Shown here: one piece after another, positions 28,101 through 41,706 of the stretch
Layout: every line of letters begins with the position of its first letter
Numbering within the stretch: position 1 is the stretch's first letter
Program-made: the position numbers and the translations under genes
Notes under the pieces: model-generated
The model's input: the letters and a program-made list of their open reading frames with translations, nothing else
What the model was told of the DNA's origin: nothing
The model's database searches: none
Source: Phoronis australis
Lineage: Eukaryota; Animalia; Phoronida
Assembly: GCA_002633005.1 (NCBI GenBank)
Contig: NMRA01000162.1
Location: 37,335-101,334, forward strand
DNA: 64,000 nucleotides
Direction: 5' to 3'

Positions 28101-31100
28101 TTTACAATTTTCGATAAAGATTTCTTTTATTAGATGCTTATTACATTGCTGTAAATACTCAAAACTTTATCGTGAAATATTGATTAGTGATAGCTATATC
28201 ATGCAAAACGTGCAAACTAAACTTTCCTGAAAAAGTAATTTTTTGGTTGAGAAACTTGAAAAAATGATATAATTTCAGCTGTCCACCATATTGTGTCCGA
28301 TACTGCAGAGTTATTAACATTGCCAATTATGTATTGAGAGAAACACTAAGCCTTTCGAAGTGGGTATTGTTTGATTGTTTCATAGTGCTGATAAATTTGT
28401 TGATAATTTTATTCTGACGCTGTTGCGCTTTCAGTCCAGCCTCGCCACTATTACACAATACCCGAGACAGTTGAGAAGGAGTACTTATACAATGCCTACA
28501 AGCAGTTCTACCAAGACTTCTCATTCACACCTTCTCACAGTCAAGTTGCCATTAGTGATCAGGAATATAAGGTGGGCCATAACATCTTTTCATTACAAGG
28601 TGTCAGTGGTAAACAGGAAAACACTGTTTCGATAATCTTCAATTTATCTGTTTCTTGGCCAAAATTTATGATGAATTCTGCATGGAGTTTATCAGTGTCG
28701 CATAAAAAACTTCGTTACGTACATTCGGTGAATGAAGGAATATTACAATTTTCATGGCCGCAAAATGGACTTCTGGAATTACTTTTGAATGGAATAGGCT
28801 TTCTGATGTCATTAGCTTTGAACAGGGGTCTATCTCATGAAACTGGCTGAAGACTTAAGTCTGAAATTTAGTCTACTCGCACTTCACTTAAGTATTTATA
28901 AAAATACTGAAATCTTACTTAAACAAAAGCACAGAGTCTCTGATAATATAGCCATAACCACTAGTTAATGGTTGTAGCCACTGATTTGCTAATAATTACG
29001 TGGCTAAAACATTATTCAGTAATTGTAAAGTGAGAGCGTAAGGCAAAATTTCTGACTTAATAAGTCACTTTTCGTGTAACAGACGCCAGAGCTACAGAAC
29101 AACTAACTCAGTTGTGTTTCTGAGATTTAATTACAAATCAACAATTTTCGCCATTGTCTTCTAAAACAGTCACTGAAATCAAGCCAGGCCTCTACTGTTT
29201 TAATACGCTTCAAATTGTGTGCCATTTGGCGCGTGGTATTTGACTTACCGGCAGAGTGCCTGACTGGTTTTGCTGAGCTATTGGGTTTGGTTCCATGCTA
29301 TTGCTAATGTTTCTAAAATTTATTTTCTTGCTGAGAATGTCTCTTTAATGTCACAAAGTCATTTCCAAACAAATCGACCTTCTTGAAAGCTCTTGAATGC
29401 ACTTGACAGGCTCAGACTGAGTTAACATTATGGTTTACTGTCTACCAACGATTTTAATATCTGTTTGTTATACCGCAAAATACTTCCTCGATTTTTACGG
29501 CTTTTAAGCTTGCCCCACTTGATCGTGCTGCCTTGAATCCCACTCCTAGTGGTTTCAAGCTGAGCCATGTTTTCAGACTAGATGTTGACGTCAATTCAGC
29601 TGTTGATATTGTTTCATTTGTTAATGGTTTTGCATTGTTTTAGAGTGGAGACCCAGTTCAAATTGAGTATGACTCTGGGGTTTTTGGATACTTTGAAATT
29701 CCTGGACCTGGTCTGACTAATGAATGTACCAATACAGGACCTGTTGGTAAGCTATTTTTAAGTGTCCATACTAAAGTTGGTTATGGTTACCTGTTCCCCT
29801 TATTGAAGAACCATCCTCATGAAATATCTACTTAGTAGCTACCAATTGTTAATCTAGGAATAATCTATTTATGCAGGTCATGACCCTAAGTCAATCTGAT
29901 GCAAAATTGATCATGCATTTTTGTTAAAAATGTCATATTTAAAAAGTACCAGCGTTTACAACTGTTTCATTCACTGACATTTTGAGATGTTGGACGTTTG
30001 CGTGTGAATCGTTTGAACATGGCCCTGCAACACATTGGTCCCGGGTTTTCTCGTGAAACACTCCCCTTTCGCTCAGGTAATTTTGTAATCGTGTCATGCA
30101 TGATCTTTGTTTTTTGCGCGATAATGTACAGAACTACACAGCTCTGTGTTGGGTGTTGTCAGGCCTGTATTAAGCTAGTTTGTGTAGCAATATTAGATCA
30201 CTATGATGGTCGACTAAGGTGGAAAGACAAGGTCCTGTAACACTTGGGTAGCTGGGGCAAGTTTCTCTAAGGCAAGTTGTTCTACGGTAACTGATGCTGT
30301 GGACATGATTGTTATTGGCTGCACTTGATTGACATATTTTGGGTCAGCCAATCAAGACATCTGATTTATATCATGACAGCATTTTCCTGTTCAGTGACTT
30401 TACCAGACGTAGGGGGTTCTGAGCGTCGGATAACTTCTAGCTTCTTTGTTAACTGCCTCGCAAAGTCTTTTGTCTGTTATGACAACAGGCAGGCCAATTG
30501 TCTACCAGGCTTATTACAGACCATGTGTGAACACAGTCAAATCCAGAGCGAATTGGTACATTCAGAAAGAATAGATTATCGTAACTTCGGTTGCAGTCTG
30601 GCTATTTTGGCGATTCAAAAACTAAACATGATCACCAGTAGACAAGGATTTCAGAAATGCTATTGGTTTATGTTCAAATATGTTATAAGTTTACTTTTAA
30701 TATTTAACACCACAGCCCAGTGAGGCTAGATATGATCTTATAGAGGATTAGAGCAATTATCGAACAAAAGAGGTGGCCCTCCAACCATGAATGCCAGAAT
30801 GGAGTTAATCAGTCGTGTAAGATATTGGCCACAGGGGTAAACTTCCCAACTTGTTGTTGTGCTATAGAATCGAACAAGTTGGGAGCAACGGGAAAACGCC
30901 GTAATGTAAAAGCTGGAAGCCAGCATCGAGAACGCGGCGCAATGTGTAAAGACAATCAAAGGCCATAGTCACCAAGCGAAATTGATTTCCTGGACACTAC
31001 ATGATGCATTGTACTGCTCACCATAACTGAAATGTCTTTTCAGCTTACCTGTATGATAGAGAGTACGAGTGCTCCCACCCCACCACAGACATAGAGACAC

Positions 31101-34100
31101 TGTGTCAGCAGAACTCCAGTGTGGATATCAATTCATACCACAAGGGATTCAGGGTTGTCACTGTAAGTTTAGCCATACCTTTGTGTTGTAATCATATTTT
31201 CACTGGTATGCAATACATTTGTGGTGTAAAGTCAAACGATTTTGTCAATGGATTCAGTATTCGTTGTGCACTTCCAACTACTGTGGTCCACTGCACTCTT
31301 GGTGAAGTATTCCAAAAAGTTGTGTTTTGTAATTGGTCTCCCGGGTTTGGCTGATATTTGACTTGATCAGCCTCTTCCGTGATAGTGTCTATTACCTATA
31401 GTGATGACTGAGAAATGTGTAAAACACACACTGAACAGATCCAGAAGCTTCAGTTGTGAAGCGCTTTGGCATTTAGATGTGCTTTAAAAACACTGAATTG
31501 TCACATCCAGAATTGAGTTCTCTTTTCCAAGAGTAGAAAAATGGATTGTTTGATTGACCTGGCGTTTTAACAGTTTAGCCATTTACATACTTTTGAGCTG
31601 ATTTATCATGCACAAATCAGCTTTTCAAACTTTTTTATGTCAGTATTTCTACTCGCAATAAAACGTAATTGACATTAGAATGAAGAATTTCGAACCGTCA
31701 TTTGAAGTAGTATAGCGTGGCAGAGCCGCAGTGCATAAACTGTGGAGTAAATGTCTTACTGACATACAGCATTGTGGGTAAATAGGGCAGAACTATAGAT
31801 GGCAGTTGTGATATTCCATCACATGACTCTTGTCATTATCAATGTTATATCCCTGGTGTTTCAGAACCCCACACTAGTTGGTAACAACATAAACAGCACA
31901 TTCACTCAGTCCAGTAGTGGTAGTCTACAGTCAGGGCTCACTGATCCTGGTAAGTCAATTGTCTAGCTAATTATCCCATTCTGCTCTCAGCGAGTTCACT
32001 CGCCTCTGACATGCTGCAGCTGTGTGCTGCCGGCAAGTGCACTCACCCCAGGCCACTTGTTATTTTCAATCAAGAATTCTGAAACCCCCACATGCTGTTT
32101 AGATAAGTCAGCATGTGCATTCCCAAGCTTGATTTTGCTGGTTTACATTCTCCATTCAGTTTTCCAATGTTAGGTCATTAAATGTAAATGACCTTCGTAA
32201 AAGACCAGTCTACAGCTCTAGAGGTGACCTATTTAGCTCAGCACACTGACGAATTAGTTTGTCCAGGCGCTCAGCTGGATAAGGGTTAAGGGACTTATGG
32301 TCAGCACCTTGTGTCTGTATGAGCATTTTAAACGTTATTGATATTCAAAGGGTGGCCAGCAATTTTTGTTCCCGTGTTACAATGAGAGTATGCTAGCTAT
32401 ACGGATATTTTAAATGGTCACGTTGGCCTTCAAAATAACTAGACAAAAGAAGCAGAGAATGCATGTTTTTAAAATATTGTAGGTTGCCCGAGCTAAGCGG
32501 TTACTGTACATCACCTATTAAAAGTTTTTTATGTGTCAATAGCGTAGGGCATGGTCCGTAGTAAGTTTTGGAAAGTTATAATTAAATCATTTTGCTTCGT
32601 TTGCTTAATTCAAGAAGTTACGGACAAACTTTGGTGAAATCTTGATGAGTAGTTGAAAATTTTCAAGGTTCTTGGGAGTAGTGCAAAATGATGCAAAAAG
32701 TATTTGTGTTAGAATGGGAAGTCTCCCTCTTAACATTGGGATACTATAGTAAGTATAGTTACGCAGTAGCTACAGTTTGGAAATGAAGACAAAATGAACT
32801 TATTAATTGCTGTGTATAATGTAATGCGTTCCAGTGAGATATTGCATATTGTTAGAACTACAATGCTTTGGGAGACAAGCTACATAAACAACATGGCTCA
32901 CAGACCTGTAAACTCAGCTTATTGACTTACAAACATTCATGACTCTGAGTTCATGAGCTGTGTTTACAGGTGCAGGAGTCGTGTTTGCAGGTGCTGAACC
33001 CATGTCCTGGAGCCTGGATCCTTAATTTTTAGGTATGGAAGCCTCGTTTTATGAGTGCAAGGCTGTATTTTTCAGTCAGTAAGTTGGGTTTACAGATCTT
33101 GTCCATTTGCCGTGTTCAGGAGTCTTTGGGTTATCTTGTTTGTGTAGCCTGACAGAGGTCTGCACTCTCCTTGTTGTAAATGCATCCCATCTCTGATGCT
33201 TGCATCAAGACTTGATGTAAAATTTTGCTGAAATATATTGTCTATCATTAGTGGAAAAAGTACCTTTACATTGTTCTAATCAGGAAATTCAGGATAAACT
33301 GCTGAGGGGTTGTGTTTCATATATTGTTACTGTTTTCTATTGTGTGACAGGTAATCGGCTGATAAGCATTGTGCCGTCAACCTCACCAACTTGTTACAGC
33401 GCGATGGGGATGGAGACCACGTGTAACTTTTCAAGTTCGCCTTCTCCTGAGTATGACGTGACAACCAAGACATGCCAAAATGTAGTCACTGAGGTACATC
33501 ATAGTTATACATACTTGTGTTTACTGTGCACTTGTTGAAATATAACAAGTCACATGTCTTACTGCATTTTTCCATAATCAAGGTCAGGGTGCAATGGTGC
33601 ATGCTTGAGAACTATACACATCGTTAAAGCCTAAAACCCTACCCAGATACACAAGCCATGGCAATGACGATAAAATTTTAGTCAAATTAAATTTTTAGTG
33701 ATCTCTCCTGTGCACTATTTTATAGCTGCAGGCGATTCCCATAATGAGTATTTTAGTGTGGAGAATGTTGGTGGAATTTTTCCATTTGACTGTGGTAGAG
33801 ATACACGGGCCATATATTTGACTCTAACAAAGATACATCAGTCACTGCCAAGGATACTATTGGGTATAAATAATGTCTTGAAAATGCTAGCTGCAAGCTA
33901 TAGATCTCTGACCTGTTGTTGCAGAAAACTCCATTTTATTTCGTTTATTTTCCAAATTGTGAATCAAGTAGTTAATAGTCAACTGAATACAGCAAATGAA
34001 ATTCCTGTCTTAAAAATGTTGTTTTCGTAAAAATTGAAGGTACATTTCCTTGGTTTTGAAAGGTATAATAAAACTAAAAAGAATATTTAAGAAATTTAGA

Positions 34101-37100
34101 AAATGTTAATGAAACTATGTCTAAAATGGTTAAAAAAAAACAACTCATGGCAATACCCCTTTTGCCGACTTCTTTTAATTTAAAACGAGAGGGCAAAATA
34201 CCCACCTAAGACAACACTTGAGCAGGAAATTCCCACCTGCGTTACTAACCCCTCCTATGGGAGAGTCCCCTCTTGCAGGTGAATGTATGCCCTGTGAAGT
34301 AACACTAGGATTTGTTATAGCCTCAGCTAGTGCGTAGATATTGATTTTGATATTGTCTTGTTTTCAGCTCCAGTATGTGATTCACCATCAGGGACGCGGT
34401 GGAATATTCCGGGTAGATCTTGATTACACACTCAAGACCATCACCCAAGCAGACTTGCCACTAGCCCACAAGTCAAAAATACGGTTCTACAGGGTGAGTG
34501 AATGAAGACTTGGAGGAGTCGAGTGATTTTGAAATGTGGATATTTCAAACGTAGTATTTAATACCATTGTTATTCAAAAATCAAATCATTTTAATAATTT
34601 GTATTTGATAGTATTTATAGTACAGCAATACATATTGGCATGTCTCCTGTGCTCTTTGCATTTGGTAGCATTTCAAATACACTTGGAAGTATTGAACACA
34701 ATAGTTGCTCTTGATGACACTTCATTGTGTCTAATACTTAGAAGTATTATGGGAACATTCCAGTCTTGAAGGAATTCGTTTTCATCAATTCATTTCCTTT
34801 CTGGAAGTGAATCTTTTTGTATAGGAGAATTGTCATGGTGCTAAATTGAATTTTTTAATATTGCACAACTCCTTACAGTTTGATCACGTGGATACAAGGG
34901 ACCTGACAGAAAAGCATGTGTTTGTGCGTAGTGGAAATCCTGGGTATGTCGCGGGATTGCCTGTCATGGCTGGCAAACGGCGTACAGATCCTGCAAATGC
35001 CAACAAGTATCCCTTTTCAGTTAAGAGATGAGGAGACATGCTTACCTGTTTTTTGGGTCTGAGTTGTGTTGTGCAACATCCGTGATGGAATGTTTGAGAT
35101 AAACCTTCATTTGCACCATGTTTTGTAGTTTTGTGGTTTACAATTTTGTTTTGGTGAACACTTGTCATATGCTTTCTTGCTTTCAAACAAGTTACAAAGC
35201 TATACAGAAACTGTACAGTGTACAGCTGTGGGGAAACATGAAACTGTGTGATGCCAGTAAAAGTGTACTGGGAAATAATATTCTTTAACTCTGTATGGCA
35301 ACATATTTTGCCGGTGTGTGTATGTGTGCGTTACAAAGACAATACTGTCTTGAAATTACAGGGAACAGAACCTGTTGTAAAAACCCCCAATGTGTCGTAT
35401 TTCATGGTATCTGCTTTGTGACATTTGCATAAAATGTGATTCGCTACCAAGACATTGTCCTTCCTTAATGAGTTTTCAAGAGAAGCAATAAGTCTGTCTC
35501 GAGATTCAGATGAATGGTTCAACCTGCTGAAGAGTACGGCTACAGGCGACTGTATCACAGAGACTGTGCTTAACAACAACCGTCAGCCGATATTGTTCGG
35601 GATCAACATGCGCTCTGGTTGTCTGATCAGGTATGCTAAGATACCGCCTAGAGCGTGTATTTGTCTGGGTTAATACTGTGAATGCATCAGTTACTCATCA
35701 AGGCGGGTGAGTGTGAAACTGAGATGTTTTTTACTGCTCCAGGATGGGTCTGTTGAAAGCGAGCATGAACTGTATTGAATAGGGTCGATTGGTATAAAGC
35801 ACACCTCCTCCAGCTTTTAGTATCAAATTTAGCCATGCTTCATTACTTTTTCTTTTATTTTTTAATTTTATATTTTTGGGATTTAAGTAACCAAAAAAAT
35901 GTAACAAGAGGTATTTAATATAGTATGTACTTTACAGTTGCTGGAGAAGATAGAGATGGTGATTTACAAATAATGTAGATTTACATTCTTATTAAGTCTT
36001 TCACTGTTGACCATCTATTTGTAAGCAATTTTAAATTTTTTAGTAAAATGTAGTTCTTAAAATAATAATGTAGGTATGACTATTTCTTTTGCAAAAAGGC
36101 TGATTTTGGAGGTTTACCTTTGAGGCGTTGATTATATAAGAGAATATGCAAAGGCATGAAATTAAATTTTGATCTGGGTGACTCCTGCTTCTTTGCAGAG
36201 TCTTTTAACTGTCATCTTCATCCAAGTAATGGCAAGACAATGTTAATCTTTGATCTTTTTAACCCTCATAATGTCAACACATGTGGGTTATAATCATGGT
36301 AAATGATTAACTTCTTTTGTTGCAGCTTATATTGCCCGCAGTTGATGGGTTCATTAAAATATTTTCACATGTTTAATGTCTTTTTTCTACTAGATTAATC
36401 ATTTACTGAATCGTTTAGTAAAAATGGTTATTGGAATAAATACAGTTTACTGGGGAAATGCTCAAAATATGTTTATCATGCTTGATAACACTGGATTATC
36501 TAACAAGAAGTGTCTGTAGAGACAATGTTCTATCCAGTCATAATGCAGAGTTAAGTATGGCTTCACACCTCATACACACTGACATTAATGATAGTTCAAG
36601 TGACTTAACATGCGAACCAGTGTAGGCAACACAGTACACTTCAGCACACAATAGATGGCGCCACTATCATTAACCTTTTGACGGGCTGTCGCTCATAGTA
36701 CGAGTTACACTAGCCTCTACAAACTTAGTTGTCTTCACAGAGTTTCTCTCCAAAATATGGCCTACACCAATCTTTGTTACACACTATGCTAATTCTCCAC
36801 TTATTTTGGCACAAAATTTAATATTTCCTGACAATCGAGGTGTGCTATATAAACCGGATATACAGACTTCGTAGTTGATAGGTGTGTGAATTAATTGAGT
36901 AACCAAGCATCGCCAACTGACCATGTGTGAATTAAAATTGATCCAATTGATACCAATATAAGAGTACTTTAACCCATCATTGGTGAAAAACACTTTTGAG
37001 TAATCTCTTGAGTGATGCGGCACTCATCCAAGTCACGCCTTTCACCACATGATAACAACAGCATGAGACATCCCATATTAATGGATGAATTAAGTGGTGA

Positions 37101-39402
37101 ATATACAATGTTCACAGTCACCTTATTAACACATTTAAAAAGATGTGTATTACTAGGATTGATGACATTTTTCGAGGTGTACAATTGACTGAAAGCGAAT
37201 GAGGTGAGGCAAAAAATTCCCACCAAGTATCCTCGTGTGTAGTGAGAGATGAAATTTTTTCAAAATAATTATGTGTGCAAAATGAAGGGAGTGCGCTAAA
37301 GAAGTGGAGAATTGTTGTAGTGTAGGTTTGCTCCCGAGGGTATAACCTCCATACACCAACTTTTTTGTCTCCCCACCAGGTTCTCTCTCCAGAATATGAC
37401 CTATGCCTGCAACTACACACAGCAGGTCGTTCTTAATGTGCTGGAAGGTCAAACGTTTCCCGATTACGTGGCCTCGTTTGGTAACTCGGGGGTTGAGCTG
37501 ATTGGTGACTGGGTGCCCATACTGTCAGACAACAAACCCCAGGGAGCTCAGGTGAGTTGGCTAACAACTCTTGGCAAATTTTTGGTTAATTGTAGTGCTG
37601 CAGTCATGCAACCTCTGCTGGCTGATTCCCTGTCTAAACACTAGATGGCGTGATATCTGCATGTTCAGGCAGGTAAACTCTACTCGGGGCTAAATTTTTG
37701 CAAAAGGCTTAGTGACATGTTTGCTTAATCTCATTGTGCGAGACTGCTATATCCATGTGGGAGACTATAATGTAACGATGTACTGTGGGCAATGAGAAGG
37801 CCCTATTACATATCACCATTGTTGACTGACAGGAGAAGCTTGGCAACAGCCAATTGGATGCACTCTTTTAAAGTATCTCCTTTATATAGAGACTGAAAGA
37901 TTCTGCTTCTGCCTGAACATTTGAAAATATTACAATCTTAACAATTATTCTCTAAACCTTAGTAAATTACTGAGAATTTATGATACATAAATCCCCTGAT
38001 CTGTTGGAGTCTAAATGTAATGGCAGATATCAATACTTGATACATGCGCTTGATCGCTACCTTGTCTTGTCAGATTCTTGTCTGCAGAGTCACTCTTGGT
38101 GCTACTCAGTAGCAGCACAGTTCACAAATATTTTGTCAAATAGACCACAATGAGGAGTGCTCACATATCAGTGGGAGGCAAGGGGAGGACAGTCGCCTAA
38201 ATTGACAAATCATATATTGTTGTCCAGAGTCATTCTCAGTAGCCCTCTAGATGTCCCAGCATTTGCCAGTTGGCAAGTACTTTTGAATTGTACTGTACGC
38301 TCTGTCAAAGATATCTTTTGGCTTGTATTATATTGTTTTTATTAAAGACTGGGAAGTGAGTTGCTATTATTAATTACGGTTTGATTTTCACTGTTTGCCT
38401 TTTTCAGTCATCAGGTAATGGTGTGTGTACAGGTATGGTGATGGGGATGCATATAGAGATAGTCTATGCCAACATTGGCTCTCTGGTCAACCCTCAGCCC
38501 AAGATCATAGGTGTGAGGAAATTGTATGAGGAGCCGCAAACATTGAGATATCAGGTATGATACTGACTAAGCTTTTCTGTCATAAGCGGTTATCAGATGA
38601 AATAATTTAGGGTGAGAAATCGTTGAGCAAGAGTGACTAATATTGAGATGTTGGTTATGCATTCAATACAATATCGCCTGCTTCATAACGATTTTTTGAA
38701 GTGCAGTCATTGGCATTAAAAAACCACCTGTAATTGCAAAAGACAAAATTTTTTGTCCTTGAATGCAGATCAGGTTACACCTCGGAGAAATTAACTGAAG
38801 GCAAAAACTGGGACATGCGGCTGCCATTTTGTGGAAAATTTCTTTAGACTAAGGGGTACTATAGGCATTGACATTACTAGACAAAAGTTAAAACGGTGAC
38901 ATATGTGAAGAGAAATCTGTTAAAACACACATTTCTGATTTTAGTGTAGCTGTAAAATGGATGAAAAGTTCGACTTAAAAACAGAAAATGCTGTTTTCAT
39001 GGCATGCGTTGAATTAAGAATTTTGTTTGAAGCTCACACTCATGATATTTAGTTTTGTTGCAACTCATATTTGAACTCCCATTATTGTCTTTCTTGGCAC
39101 AATTAACATCAAGGGGGGATAATTACAGATAACCTTCAATGGTTCCTTTCCAGTGCTCCAGCATATCGTGTTCACCTGGTCAGGACGTCTACTCACAGTC
39201 ATTTGAGGTCGCGACCTCTGTATCTTTCATTGATGCTTCTCTGCCGTCTGTCATGGTTGTAGCGGACACGCCCACAGTACAAGCCAAACTTCCTTATGAT
39301 TTCTTCTGGCCGTTCTACTACGAAAGTTCGGCTGACTGTTTTAACTATCGAATAATGTTGTTATTGCTGCTTTTGCAGAATGTGTTTTTATCCGTTTTAT
39401 GA
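25114..39402 (+). CDS. TCTN1: Tectonic family (TCTN1/TCTN3-like) ciliary transition-zone protein, paralog A, 14 coding exons
   Basis: Exons 25114-25204, 26653-26773, 27398-27504, 28435-28571, 29644-29746, 31044-31162, 31865-31949, 33351-33493, 34368-34493, 34879-35006, 35481-35630, 37380-37551, 38408-38554, 39154-39402 join in frame. Signature CTCNLTPSACDVNCCCDNEC, RSGNPGY..GLP, R.PILFGINMRSGC, YVASFGN, YANIGSLVNPQPKIIG, TSVSFID, KLPYDFFWPF and a hydrophobic tail. TCTN1 versus TCTN3 orthology unresolved; exon 1 is least certain. Confidence 0.92.
25810..26450. repeat. Two oppositely oriented copies of repeat family 2 in tectonic A intron 1
   Basis: 25810-25962 (minus) and 26235-26450 (plus) both match 17981-18170. 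Confidence 0.65.
27579..27740. repeat. 46-bp minisatellite, ~3.5 copies
   Basis: tcttgtaatcttgcctcggtacaagaataatgtttaattttggaca-type unit repeated head to tail with a few substitutions. Confidence 0.9.
35007..35480 (+). other. U12-type (minor spliceosome) GT-AG intron, tectonic A intron 10
   Basis: 5' site GTATCCCTTT, branch site TTCCTTAAT (35461-35469) close to the terminal AG, weak pyrimidine tract; splicing restores the frame (ANAN-K-EAISL). Confidence 0.8.
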
Positions 39403-40916
39403 CACTAAGAATTGGTGGTTTAGTAATTTTCTTCCGTTAAACTTGCCATGGATAGTGAAGCCCCTGTAAATAAACTGTTGTTGTTTTTGAAAATTGTAAA
39501 TTTGTAAGTATGTAAATACAGATATTAAGCTTTTCAAAACTTCTACTTTTTAATAAATGTATCATCAATGTAACTGAGCTTCTCTTTAGTTTATATTGGT
39601 TTAATGATAGGGTAGATTCAGTTTCAGATTTAAGGGAGGAAAGGGGGCCATGGCTCCCCTAAAATTCCATTCATATTCCATTTTGCACTTCGAGGGTGCG
39701 AATTTCTGACGGACAAAATTCTGGCTAATGCTCTTCCTGGCCCTCCTCCCCCTAGCTGAAAATCCTGGGTCCCCCTGAGATTGGTTTGTTTCCTTTTGCG
39801 ATCTGGTGATCAAATCTTAAGCGTGTGATCACATTTAGCAGAAGTCCAAGCATTCTGTAGGAAAGTGCGTGTACATCTACTGTCTGTTTCATAATGTTTT
39901 TGGTTGCCATAAGAAAAATTTTCCAGAAACTTGGATTTTCTGGTCCACACAACTATTTATGAAAAATATCTCATTGGAACAAAAGTACCAAGTCTCTAAG
40001 AATATACACAACAGTGCTGGTTACTGCAGAGATAATTACTATGAATAAATTCTAGGACCGTGATTCGCTCATAATTATTCATCTAAACCTTTATTCAGCA
40101 ATTGTAATGGGGTAAGAGCAAGTTTCTGCCTTAATTCTTTCATGAAACGGACCCCAGATTTATAAAGAGTTAACCTTATAAAAGCGATTTCAATAAGCAG
40201 TGTAAATCTGTTTGAACTTCCAGTTTTCAGTAGGTTAAGCCACTGAAACTGTAGGACATGTGGTGGCAACATTGATTTTGATTTACACCTGTAAGAGCCT
40301 ATCAGTTAAGACTTTCAGAAAAAATTCTTAAAACACGTTTTGCTCTTGCTAAATTTATGAACGGGAATACTAACTCACTAGATGTAAAGCGTCTATGAAC
40401 CCATCTTGTGTCAAAAAATTGATTTGGACGACTTACAGTTACATGTATATAATTGATCTCAATTCTTTTCTTACTCCAATTAGATGTATAGTCTGAGCTT
40501 TAAGTTGGTGGATTCGAGTTTTACGAATAAAACGGCTAAAACGTAATTTTTGAATGTCGTTACATGGAAACGAATTATTGTCTTTGATGAGTACGAAAAG
40601 TCTAAAAGTAGCGTGCCCTCGTATTCTGTAATAATAATAATAATCGCGGAAACATTTAACCAGTGTCGCCAAAAACTCTGAAACTCTGGTCACAACCCGG
40701 CTGTAACTGATGGCACTTGCTATATGATATGACCCACCGAAGCATTTGGAGTAAAAAAAACTTTGCTGCTAAGATAATCTATGAACAACTATACCCGAGT
40801 ATTTACCCAAATGTGTTCACGAACTAATTAACACACGTGGCGGGACGACCAGATATGCTGCTTCGTATATCGCAGCGTCAGCTTGTGTTCATTGATTGTT
40901 GAACCACGATCAAACC

Positions 40917-41706
40917 ATGCCGGTGCTTTCTTCTGTTGTTGTTTTCGTCTGCCTTATCGCCATCGTCACCGTGAACCAGGTTGACTCCAGGCGTAAAGTT
41001 AGTTATCATAAGATTCGGCGTCATGGTGCAGTCTCTCTCGAGCATGCATTGAAGTGTAAATGTGTTGAAGGCTCAGTTGCGGGTAAGCAACAAGGTAACA
41101 CCGGAAAGGGGCAAGAAGGAAATCCGCGTCCATGTAAGCAATAAACCTTTTTTAACCATTTCTTCATTTGTTTAACATTATCTAGCAATTGTTTGGGCTA
41201 TAGGGGAGTACTGGTTCCGTACTGGTTTCCAGAATATAGTGACTACTCCTATTCCCACGAAGCGATTGTTGCACGCCAAATTTCTTTACGTGGCGTAGCC
41301 GAGGAGCAAGGAATTCGAGTCCCCACTGACAAAGCGGTATTAGGCAAGCCGTCTAAGGACGCTTAGTAAAAATAATGTTGCCATTTGGAGTAATGCGAGC
41401 TATGCATTTAAAAATTATCTATATCGCTCGAAAAAAATGTTTGGCTCTTAATTTCCAGGAAATAGAGCGAAAAATGAACATGATGTATACGTTCGTCTTG
41501 AATTGGAAGTTAGTGATATTTTTTCTCATGTCTGCTTTTTTTAGTTTATCTCACGATGAAGAAACGGTGCAAAGGAATACACTGCGAAAAGAGTTAGTCT
41601 CGAAAATTCATATTAATTACGATAATAGGTCTGTTTCAACATTTTTATTTCAGTTGGTGGTCGCGCTAAGGCGCATCTTGAAAAAGCTTTCGGGCGCTTC
41701 ACTTAG
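40917..41706 (+). CDS. Putative small secreted basic protein or peptide precursor, no recognised family
   Basis: MPVLSSVVVFVCLIAIVTVNQVDS is signal-peptide-like, followed by RRKVSYHKIRRHG..CKC. Phase-1 GTAAGC donors follow 41082 and 41133; the acceptor at 41653 continues (F/V)GGRAKAHLEKAFGRFT*. A further donor after 41727 and acceptor at ~42297 suggest more exons. Confidence 0.5.

Noticed and set aside
28846-28875. CTGAAGA...GAAA hammerhead-like string
   Set aside because: No convincing helix II, III or I pairing.
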